From the NCBI GenBank assembly GCA_903840385.1, contig CAIMFT010000063.1:1620-65619 (forward strand): 64,000 bases of DNA, written 5' to 3'. A model generated the notes under the pieces. That model did not search any database, was not told the DNA's origin, and worked only from the letters and a program-made list of their open reading frames with translations. Source of the DNA: an uncultured Holophagaceae bacterium (GTDB lineage Bacteria; Acidobacteriota; Holophagae; Holophagales; Holophagaceae). The position numbers and the translations under genes are program-made. The stretch's first letter is position 1; every line of letters begins with the position of its first letter. Below, one piece after another: positions 31,503 to 39,060 of this stretch.

Positions 31503-32190
31503 GGAGCCTCGGATCTCCCTCGAAGAGCAGGGCGTCGACCAGGGCGCCCTTCACTTCGCGGTGGCTGTGGATGGCCTCGAGGTGGGCCGGGCGGGTGATG
31601 CTGCCACCCATGATGAGGGGGAGGCCTGTGGTGGTGGCCACCGCACAGGCGGTGGTGAAGTCCGGGGCGGCCTCGGCGGACTCGGGAATATCCACGAACA
31701 GCAGGCGCAGGAACCCATACTCCTTGGCGCGCTGGGCCAACTCCAGGGCGGAGAGGGGCGAGGCTTCGGCCCAGCCAGAGTGGCGGGTCATGCCGCTGCG
31801 GGCATCGATGGCGGCGATGAGGAAGGTCTGGAAGCGGGCCATGAGCTGCTCGGCGGCCATGGGGGACTTATGGAGGATGGTCCCCGCCACCAGCCAGTTG
31901 GCCCCCTGGTCGATGAAGAACTGGGCCTGATCGGAGCTGCGGATGCCTCCGGCCACCTGGACGCAGACCTTGCGCTCCCGCGACCGGACTCCCTTGAGAA
32001 TCTGGGAGATGAGGTCCCGGTTGTTGCCCTTGCCCAGGGCGGCGTCCACGTCCACCAGCGCCAGGCGGGTGGCTCCGCCATCCACCATGCGCATGGCCAG
32101 CTCCAGGGGCTCCTCTGGCGAGATGGCCATCTGTCCGGCAGTGGAGACCACGCGGCCGCACTGGAGGTTGAGGGTCGGATAGATCTTCAA
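31474..32190 (-). CDS. HisA/HisF-family TIM-barrel protein, apparently degenerate
   Basis: LVDVDAA, QVAGGIRS, AIDAR, SGW; TTG start at 32190 with GGAG upstream. First-strand catalytic Asp replaced (IYPTLNL versus IIPAIDL). Confidence 0.75.
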   Translation of the reverse strand: MKIYPTLNLQCGRVVSTAGQMAISPEEPLELAMRMVDGGATRLALVDVDAALGKGNNRDLISQILKGVRSRERKVCVQVAGGIRSSDQAQFFIDQGANWLVAGTILHKSPMAAEQLMARFQTFLIAAIDARSGMTRHSGWAEASPLSALELAQRAKEYGFLRLLFVDIPESAEAAPDFTTACAVATTTGLPLIMGGSITRPAHLEAIHSHREVKGALVDALLFEGDPRLLAILQAACA

Positions 32191-32234
32191 GCGTGAGCTC
32201 CAGGCAATGGCCATGGTGCAGTGTAACCCAAGGG

Positions 32235-33014
32235 TCACGGCTCGGTGACAGGGCAGAGGGTTTTCAGGAGGCGCTGGGCAGCCTCCCCCTCGGCCTGCTT
32301 GCGGCTGCTGCCCTCGGCCTCCGCTGCTGCGGCGGCCACGGCCACCCGCACGGTGAAGCGCGGGGCGTGGCCGGGCCCACGCTGGTCCAGCGAGGTGTAG
32401 ACCGGGGCGGGCAGGCCCAGGCGGGCCGCTGTTTCCTGCAGGTGGGTCTTGGGGTCCAGGCGGGTGAGGGTCTCGGGCCGGGCGGCCAGGATGGCGGGCA
32501 GGAAGCGCGCCTCGATCAGGGTGCGCAGGACGCCCGTCGCATCCGCTCCGGCGCGCTGGGCGTCCAGGAAGACCGCTGCCAGAAGGGCCTCCAGGGCATC
32601 GGCCAGGGGCTTCTGGCCCATGGGCTGCGCCTTCCGGGGGCGCAGGGCGCTGAGGGCTCCGGCGAGGCCCAGATCCACGGCCCAGGCGTACAGGGTCTGG
32701 GTGCGGACCAGCTGGCCCCGGAGCTTGCTCATGGACCCCTCCTGCCAGTCCGGCCGGGTCTCGAAGAGGAGCTGCGACACCGTGAAGTTGAGCAGGGCGT
32801 CCCCCAGGAACTCCAGCCGCTGGTTGTCCGAGGCGGCCCCGGCGGAGGCATGGGTCAGGGCCTCGTCCAGCAGGGTGCGGTTGCAGAAGTCATAGCCCAG
32901 GCGGGTCTCCAGCGCCAGGCGCTCCCGGACCTGCGGGGCGGACGGCCCCTTGGGGCGGGCCTTGGCCCGGGTGCGCCGGGCCGGCCGGGGTTGAAATGGG
33001 GGAAGCTTGGTCAT
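32235..33014 (-). CDS. rnc: Ribonuclease III
   Basis: ALTHAS, NQRLEFLGDALL signature, ADALEA, C-terminal dsRBD (DPKT.LQE....P.Y...GP.H...F). Confidence 0.95.
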   Translation of the reverse strand: MTKLPPFQPRPARRTRAKARPKGPSAPQVRERLALETRLGYDFCNRTLLDEALTHASAGAASDNQRLEFLGDALLNFTVSQLLFETRPDWQEGSMSKLRGQLVRTQTLYAWAVDLGLAGALSALRPRKAQPMGQKPLADALEALLAAVFLDAQRAGADATGVLRTLIEARFLPAILAARPETLTRLDPKTHLQETAARLGLPAPVYTSLDQRGPGHAPRFTVRVAVAAAAAEAEGSSRKQAEGEAAQRLLKTLCPVTEP

Positions 33015-33173
33015 GAAGGCCCATCCGGAGCGCGGGAACGGTCAGGGGAACAGGATAGGTCCTGTGCCAGGACTGACCAAGCGGCCTGGAAAAATAAGAC
33101 CTTTCCTACACTCTTCTGGGGCTGGCATCTCGGCCCGGACTGTGCAAACTAAGACACCCCCTTCGGAGCCGCA

Positions 33174-34607
33174 TTGCCTGCCGTCCGATTCCACCCCTGC
33201 CTGCCGGCCCTCATGGGTTCCCTCCACCAGCGGAAGGGAACTGGGGAGCTGCTGCTCGAACAGAACGATGGGAACCGCCGCCTCTACTGGTCGAAGGGGG
33301 AGCTGGCCTACATCCGCAGCGATGCCGTGGGCGAGCAGTTCGGCAACTTCCTCATCCGCAGGGGCGTGCTGGACATGGCCACGCTCCGGTCGCTCCTGGA
33401 GGAAGACCAGGGTGCCCGCCTGGGGGACCGCGTGGTGCAGCTGGGCCTGATCACAGAGGAAGCCCGGGATGCCCACCTCCACGAGCTGCTGAGTTCGGTG
33501 CTCCTCCACGCACTGGAGCACCCCATCCTGCGAGGCACCTGGATTCCGGGTGATCCCGACGTGGCCAGCCTGGACTCCCTCCAGTTCCGCCTGAACCACC
33601 GCACCCTGATCTGGGGCGCCGTCCGGGATGCCAACATCGACCGGGAGCTGCAGGACATGTACCGGCGCGATCCCGAGTGGCGCTGGCGGGCGCCGTCGGG
33701 CGTGCTGGACAGCATCAGCGACCTGCCGCTCACCCCCACCCTCGCTTATGCCATCTCCCTGCTGGGGACGGAGCCCATCAGCTGCGCCACCTTCGCCGCC
33801 CTGTCGGGCCTGCCGGCCGAGGAGATCAACCGCCTGGTGGCCGCCCTCTGGGCCCTGGGGGGCTTGGTCCAGGTGCAGGGCCGTGAGCCCTCCGTGCAGG
33901 AGGAGGCGGTGCCACCGCCGGTGGAGCCTGTCAGTGGGCCACACGAGACCTACACCCCTGTGCCACCCCCACCCCCGGAGCCACCGCGCCCCCCAGCGCC
34001 ACCCTCCCGGCCGCAGCCCCCGGCCCGGCTGGAACCTGAGCCGGTCTGGCACATCGAGATTTCAGACGAGGAACCCCTGGCCTCTCCCTCTCCGGACCTG
34101 ACCCCGCTCCCCACCCCCACAGGCCTGCCCCTGGTCATGTCCACCGAGGAGGAGGGCCTCTCGGTGACCGAGCGGGCCCGGCGCCTGCTGGTCAAGGCCA
34201 AGAGCTACCTCATGCAGGACCGCACCAGCGAGGCCATCCGGGCCCTGGAGCAGGCCATCAAGCTGGATGGCGACTCCCCCTGGGCTTATGAGGTGTGGCT
34301 GCTGCTGGGCCGCCTGCGCCTGAGCAACCCCGCCTGGTCCACCCGTGCCGTCGAGGCCCTGCAGATGGCCTCCCGCCTCAACCCGCGCTCCGCCGACCCC
34401 TGGGCCCTCATGGGTGACCTGTACCACCGCAAGGGCTACCACGCCAACGCCCAGGGCTGCTTCCGCCGCGCCCTCGAGCTCGACCCCAGCGTCGCCGTCC
34501 CCGCCGGCTGGGTCCAGCAGCCCCTCCCCGGCACCCCCAACACCTCCGAAGACACCCCCGGCCTCATGGGCCGGATCAAGGGGCTGTTTGGGCGGGAGAA
34601 GGGCTAG
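33174..34607 (+). CDS. DUF4388-domain, Pro-rich linker, TPR protein
   Basis: N-terminal TG.L.L.......LYW.KGEL...S....FG.FL.RRG (DUF4388/PatA-N-like); C-terminal TPRs. Confidence 0.7.
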   Translation: MPAVRFHPCLPALMGSLHQRKGTGELLLEQNDGNRRLYWSKGELAYIRSDAVGEQFGNFLIRRGVLDMATLRSLLEEDQGARLGDRVVQLGLITEEARDAHLHELLSSVLLHALEHPILRGTWIPGDPDVASLDSLQFRLNHRTLIWGAVRDANIDRELQDMYRRDPEWRWRAPSGVLDSISDLPLTPTLAYAISLLGTEPISCATFAALSGLPAEEINRLVAALWALGGLVQVQGREPSVQEEAVPPPVEPVSGPHETYTPVPPPPPEPPRPPAPPSRPQPPARLEPEPVWHIEISDEEPLASPSPDLTPLPTPTGLPLVMSTEEEGLSVTERARRLLVKAKSYLMQDRTSEAIRALEQAIKLDGDSPWAYEVWLLLGRLRLSNPAWSTRAVEALQMASRLNPRSADPWALMGDLYHRKGYHANAQGCFRRALELDPSVAVPAGWVQQPLPGTPNTSEDTPGLMGRIKGLFGREKG

Positions 34608-35329
34608 CGCAGAATGGCCTTTGCAGCTTCAAAGTCCTCAGGGGTTCCCAGGCCAACCATCTGGTCCACGGGGTAGGCCAACACCTTCAAGCCATCCTCG
34701 ATGAGCTCATTGAACACAGGGCAGACATAAAACTCACCATTGACCCGCTTGTTCGCCTCGATCAAACGGTTCCCGTACTTGATGAAGTCTGTCCCACGCT
34801 TGAAATAATAAATACCGACCACAGCGTGGGGCGTGAATGCATCCTTGGCGCGGACCTCGGTGATGCGACGGGCATCATCCATCGCCACAAAGGACCATTT
34901 GTTCTCGCGTTTCGTGTCTGTGAAGATGGGCATTGCCCCCTCGGCATCCGCTTCCCGCATCGCTTCAAGGAACGCATCGAGACTCCACGCCACCCACTGA
35001 TCGGAGTTTGCGATAATAAGCGTGTCGGTCTGGTCGATATGATGAGCGGCAATCAATGCTGTGTTGACGGCTCCATCGGTAAGCTCGTTGATAACGATGA
35101 GTTGATAGTCGATTTGTGCATTTTGTAATAATGCATCGATCTCCGCTCTGTAATTTTCAATATGTTTTTTCTGGAATATGAAATAAAACCGCGCGTCATA
35201 ACGGCGAAAATTATCAATCACATGACCTAGGATGGGTTTGCTATTGACCAATAGCAATTGTTTGATCGTGTCGTAACCTTGATCGAAAAACCGCTTGCTC
35301 TCACCAGCACACGGAATGATGACTTGCAT
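34604..35329 (-). CDS. Nucleotidyltransferase / GT2 BcbE-like protein
   Basis: IIP.AG.SKRF...GY...K.LL, NSDQ, KWSF, VGIYYF, NGEFYV.PVFN, GLGTPED. Confidence 0.8.
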   Translation of the reverse strand: MQVIIPCAGESKRFFDQGYDTIKQLLLVNSKPILGHVIDNFRRYDARFYFIFQKKHIENYRAEIDALLQNAQIDYQLIVINELTDGAVNTALIAAHHIDQTDTLIIANSDQWVAWSLDAFLEAMREADAEGAMPIFTDTKRENKWSFVAMDDARRITEVRAKDAFTPHAVVGIYYFKRGTDFIKYGNRLIEANKRVNGEFYVCPVFNELIEDGLKVLAYPVDQMVGLGTPEDFEAAKAILR

Positions 35330-35332
35330 GGG

Positions 35333-36310
35333 TTATGCTCCTAAATGGTGCTGGATCGCCTGGTACATCACTTGGTGATAATGTTTTAAATCGACCCCGA
35401 TCAAGGCCGGGTGAATGACATGTGCCCGTCGTATCATCAGTGGTGTCTTGTTGTTGAATTTTGAATACCAATTAATTTCCGTCTCATCGATCAAGCCGCG
35501 CGGGATGTTTCCTTGATCAACCAACCCTTGAATGTGAAACCACACGTCACTGCGCATAACATAGAATTGCGCCTGATAGAATCCGGGATACGGCGTTACG
35601 ACATAGTCCTGTGGTGCAAAGATGCGTTTGATATGATCAATAATGTATGTGTTGAGTTTTGTAATGGCGGGATTTGAGTGGCGGATAGGGTGCTCGCCAC
35701 CATTGAAATATTGGGCGTCTAGCATGTACTGACGCAAAGCACCGGCATCCCACGCACCCATATTTAAAAAGAAACGTTTAAGCGGAACCAAGTCGTCGGT
35801 CCCGTTGCTGTTTGGATACTGGTTGTAATCGAAGGCTGTGAAGTCCTGATATATCCCCTGGCGAACCGAAGCGTCCTCTACAAAGTCCTCGATAAATAGG
35901 TCCGTTGTAAGGGAGTTGATGCTACTGACAGGGAAGAGCCAGAGGTTGCCAGGGTCCTCTAGGAGGTCTGCTTTCTCGATGAAGCAATCGAGGATGTGGT
36001 GGCCATAGAACAAGTCATCGTCACACTTGATGAAGTACTCATATTTACCAATGATGGCGGCCAATTTTTTCTTATATCCATGCCAACTGGTGTCATTGAC
36101 ATTGAGGGTGCGGATGGCCATCCCCTTGTAGGGCGAATTCCGAAGGTGGGCCAGGATTCGCCACTCAATCTCGGCCGTCGAGGCGGCCACCCAAATATCC
36201 AGTCGGTCTTTGTGCTTGCATTGACTGATGGCGTGGAGCGTGGCATTGAGCCCCACTAACCGCTCGGTGGTATTCACCATCCATATGAAGGCTATCTTTG
36301 GGTGCACCAT
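35333..36310 (-). CDS. Putative GT-A fold glycosyltransferase
   Basis: YEYFIKCDDDLF DxD-type motif after a Rossmann-like N-terminus; AT-rich; operonic with neighbours. Confidence 0.5.
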   Translation of the reverse strand: MVHPKIAFIWMVNTTERLVGLNATLHAISQCKHKDRLDIWVAASTAEIEWRILAHLRNSPYKGMAIRTLNVNDTSWHGYKKKLAAIIGKYEYFIKCDDDLFYGHHILDCFIEKADLLEDPGNLWLFPVSSINSLTTDLFIEDFVEDASVRQGIYQDFTAFDYNQYPNSNGTDDLVPLKRFFLNMGAWDAGALRQYMLDAQYFNGGEHPIRHSNPAITKLNTYIIDHIKRIFAPQDYVVTPYPGFYQAQFYVMRSDVWFHIQGLVDQGNIPRGLIDETEINWYSKFNNKTPLMIRRAHVIHPALIGVDLKHYHQVMYQAIQHHLGA

Positions 36311-36367
36311 TGTCTCCCTGCTTGTGATCCCTAGTAGATGGACCTATTTGCTAATCGGCGTCACTTC

Positions 36368-37768
36368 CTAAAACCAGGTGTCCTCCGGTGTCAGAATCTG
36401 CTTGAGCCCATCGACCGGTCGCATGTCCCTATGGATGGCTAGCATGTTGATGGAGCAGATCCTTGAGAAGTGATCTACCCGATTGCCTTTGAAGTTGTTC
36501 CGGTTGAACAACTGGGGCGTGTGCCACCAGAGTCGATAGCCAAGGTCGAACAGCCGCTGAATAAGCTCTGCCGAATGCTCAAACCGGCTGTTTTCGATGT
36601 ACATAATGGGGTGGCACCGGGCGATGGTACCGGCGGCTCCCGCAAGCACCTTCGACTCGTAACCCGTCACGCTCAGTTTGATGAAGTCCACCCGATCTAG
36701 GTTGAAGGTGTCGAGCCTGTCCATGGGCACCGCCTCGCCCTCTTCGACGGTATCCACGCCGATGCCGTCGAAGTCGATGGCCTGGGAATAATCCAGGACG
36801 GGGATCAGGCATTCGCCCTCGGTGTCCCCCAGGGCCATGGCGTAGGTAAAAACGTTGGTGATGCTGTTGAGCACAAGGTTGGCGCCGAGGATCTGGTGGA
36901 GGACTGTCTGAGGCTCGAATGCAACCACGATGCCATCCGGGCCCACCAAGTGGGCGAGAGGTATCGTGTGGACTCCAATGTTGGCCCCGATGTCGAGCAC
37001 AACAGCCTCTTTCTGGATGAATTGAGCCATGAAGTCCATCTCGCTCTGGCAGTACTGTCCGTACTCCTTGAGAGAGAGGCCTATCTTCGGGTCCTTGGGG
37101 GGATAGAGCATTCGCCCGTGGTTGCAATCAGCTAGGGCAGTGAAGGCCGGGAAGGCCGGTTGGGGTGGTTCTACCTCACCCGCCCCTTGTTTTTTCCTGA
37201 GAACGATCTCTATGGAGCATTCTGCGGGGGCACTCTCCAGGGCCGTCTGGTCGATGTCTCCCAGGTCATAGCGAAAGCCGGCCTCGATGCGTTCGATCTT
37301 GATGATCTCCACTCTGTTCCAAAACGGCATGAGCAGGTCGAAGACATTGACTGACTTGGGCAGCAGGGGTGCCCCACGGTAGATGGTGAAGGACCACTTG
37401 TGGTCGCTGTTGAAGCGGCTGGGCCAGTGAAGGTGCTCGTAGAGTTCCTCGTCCGGGATCACGATGACCAAGTGGCCCCCGCCGCGCACAACCCGGATCC
37501 AGTTCATCAGAGCAACGGTGGGGTCCACCATGTGCTCCAGGCTGTGGGAACTGTACAGGTAGTCATAGGTCTCATCAGGCACGCTGGCCAGGTATTGGGC
37601 ATCTCCATCTGGCAGGTCCCAGTTCCTGCAACTGTCGAAGCCCAGCAAAGCGGCATACCGGGCAAGGGGATCCCCCCCGCCGCCGACATCAAGGCCAGCG
37701 CCAACAAAATAGGGCTGACCCTCGAGGACGCGCCGTTTCATGCTGCGGGAGGTTCCGCCTTGTTTCAT
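36368..37768 (-). CDS. Double methyltransferase: class I SAM-MT fused to FkbM-family MT
   Basis: GAGLDVGGG...DAQ...YD..YSSHSLEH (domain 1) and VLDIGANIGVH...AFEPQ...DFIKL (domain 2); start MKQGG at 37768. Confidence 0.82.
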   Translation of the reverse strand: MKQGGTSRSMKRRVLEGQPYFVGAGLDVGGGGDPLARYAALLGFDSCRNWDLPDGDAQYLASVPDETYDYLYSSHSLEHMVDPTVALMNWIRVVRGGGHLVIVIPDEELYEHLHWPSRFNSDHKWSFTIYRGAPLLPKSVNVFDLLMPFWNRVEIIKIERIEAGFRYDLGDIDQTALESAPAECSIEIVLRKKQGAGEVEPPQPAFPAFTALADCNHGRMLYPPKDPKIGLSLKEYGQYCQSEMDFMAQFIQKEAVVLDIGANIGVHTIPLAHLVGPDGIVVAFEPQTVLHQILGANLVLNSITNVFTYAMALGDTEGECLIPVLDYSQAIDFDGIGVDTVEEGEAVPMDRLDTFNLDRVDFIKLSVTGYESKVLAGAAGTIARCHPIMYIENSRFEHSAELIQRLFDLGYRLWWHTPQLFNRNNFKGNRVDHFSRICSINMLAIHRDMRPVDGLKQILTPEDTWF

Positions 37769-37900
37769 GGTTGTATTCCTCGTCCAGGTTCTTTTGGGCA
37801 CATGTTTCGCGGGGGCTTCATAACCATGTCTTATCGTGTGCCCTGGGTCGGGCATGTGTTTTGGCACAGGCCCCCTGGTGGCTCCTCCAAAAAAAATAAA

Positions 37901-37928
37901 TAAAGGTTTCTGGCAGGGGATCCGAAAG
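37901..37928 (+). promoter_or_regulatory. Putative sigma28 (FliA) promoter of flagellin
   Basis: TAAA-N16-TCCGAAAG versus consensus TAAA-N15-GCCGATAA, preceded by an A-tract; a similar motif occurs before fliS-2. Confidence 0.55.
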
Positions 37929-37960
37929 AGGAAAGGTCGGGGGTTCCCCCCACACAACCA

Positions 37961-37999
37961 GGCAGCACGGATGCTGCCAACCTACATCACGGAGGATGT
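37961..37999 (+). promoter_or_regulatory. Two CsrA/RsmA-type hairpins in flagellin 5' UTR
   Basis: GGCAGC-ACGGAU-GCUGCC and ACAUC-ACGGAG-GAUGU, both with ANGGAN loops; the second sequesters the Shine-Dalgarno. Confidence 0.7.
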
Positions 38000-38000
38000 T

Positions 38001-38603
38001 ATGGTTACCATTCTTTCCAACATCAACGCCCTGGCCGCCAGCCGCCAGTTGGGCATCACGAAGATCGGTCTGAACACGACCATCACGCGGCTCACCACCG
38101 GTCGGCGGGTCAATACCGCCTCGGACGATGCCGACAGCCTCACCAAGGGCAATACTGCCCAGGCGGCGGCCCGTAAGGCTGGGGCTGAGGTCTATGCGGC
38201 GCAGGCCGCTTACTTCACCGCCCTGAATACCGACGGTGCGAACCAGGAAGCAACGCAGGCAGCCTACAAGATGGCCGAGATGGAAGGTGGCGGCAACGAT
38301 ACCTCCGCTGAATACACTGCGCTGGGCGTCATTGCGGGTGGCGCGACTTCGACCCTGGCCCTGGCCGTCATCGAAACCGATCAGGCCACCAACGCCAAAA
38401 CCATGACCGACAACTTGTCCAAAGCCAACAAGAGCGGCATCGAGGCAGAAACCCAGCAGGGCATCGCTGATGCTTACCTGGGTGCTGACATGGGCGCCGA
38501 GATGGCGAACCTCAGCAAGTTCCAGATCATGATGCAGGCGGGCACCAGTGCGCTGAACAACGCGAACCAGTCCACCCAGACGATCCTCGGCCTCTTCCGG
38601 TAA
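38001..38603 (+). CDS. fliC: Flagellin, unusually short (200 aa) and diverged
   Basis: N-terminal I.SNINAL.A.RQL......L...ITRL.TGRRVN.ASDDA; C-terminal ADMGAEMANLSKFQI..QAG.SAL..ANQ..Q.IL.LFR; no Pro/Trp/Cys/His; followed by flaG-fliD-fliS. Confidence 0.88.
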   Translation: MVTILSNINALAASRQLGITKIGLNTTITRLTTGRRVNTASDDADSLTKGNTAQAAARKAGAEVYAAQAAYFTALNTDGANQEATQAAYKMAEMEGGGNDTSAEYTALGVIAGGATSTLALAVIETDQATNAKTMTDNLSKANKSGIEAETQQGIADAYLGADMGAEMANLSKFQIMMQAGTSALNNANQSTQTILGLFR

Positions 38604-38621
38604 GTAGGTAGTCTCTGACTT

Positions 38622-38654
38622 CTGGAGGGGGCGGATCCCATCTGCCCCCTCCAG
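38622..38654 (+). terminator. Stem-loop after flagellin (terminator/attenuator or stability element)
   Basis: ctggagggggcgga-tccca-tctgccccctccag, 14-bp stem with one G-U; only a weak U-tract (ccgttt). Confidence 0.55.
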
Positions 38655-38682
38655 CCGTTTGAAACCGGAGAGGAGGTCCATC

Positions 38683-39027
38683 ATGGCCAGTCAAATCACA
38701 GCTATCCCCGGCACGCCCGTCCTGGCGACGGGACCAGCGCCAGTAGCCCCAGCGCGTACCGTGGCGACCAGGGCGTCCGCAACTAAAGCCAGTGCTTCCG
38801 GTAGCCCGGAGGCCGCTGTGGCCCACGTAAACCAGCACCTAGAGCAGGGCCAGACGGACCTAAAACTGCAGGTGGACGCCGGCTCTGGCCGCACCGTCTT
38901 CCGGGTGGTCCAGCAAGGCACTGGCGAGGTGGTGTTGCAAGTGCCTTCCGAGGAAGTCCTGGGGATGTCACGCCGGGTACGGGAAATCGAAGGCCAGACG
39001 GGTGGCCTGGTGGACAAGAAAGGCTAG
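38683..39027 (+). CDS. flaG: Flagellar protein FlaG
   Basis: AV..VN..L......L...VD..SGR..F.VV...TGEV..Q.PSEE.L; located between fliC and fliD; GAGGAGG RBS. Confidence 0.85.
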   Translation: MASQITAIPGTPVLATGPAPVAPARTVATRASATKASASGSPEAAVAHVNQHLEQGQTDLKLQVDAGSGRTVFRVVQQGTGEVVLQVPSEEVLGMSRRVREIEGQTGGLVDKKG

Positions 39028-39060
39028 GCCATCCGGTAAGCAGGCGTCTCGAGGTGAGTC

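Noticed and set aside
36352-36359. GCCGATTA on the minus strand upstream of the DxD transferase as a sigma28 -10 box
   Set aside because: No TAAA-like -35 at 15-16 bp spacing.
37836-38000. Longer 255-aa flagellin from the ORF-track start at 37836
   Set aside because: The extension covers the promoter and UTR hairpins. Flagellin homology and the GGAGG RBS begin at ATG 38001.
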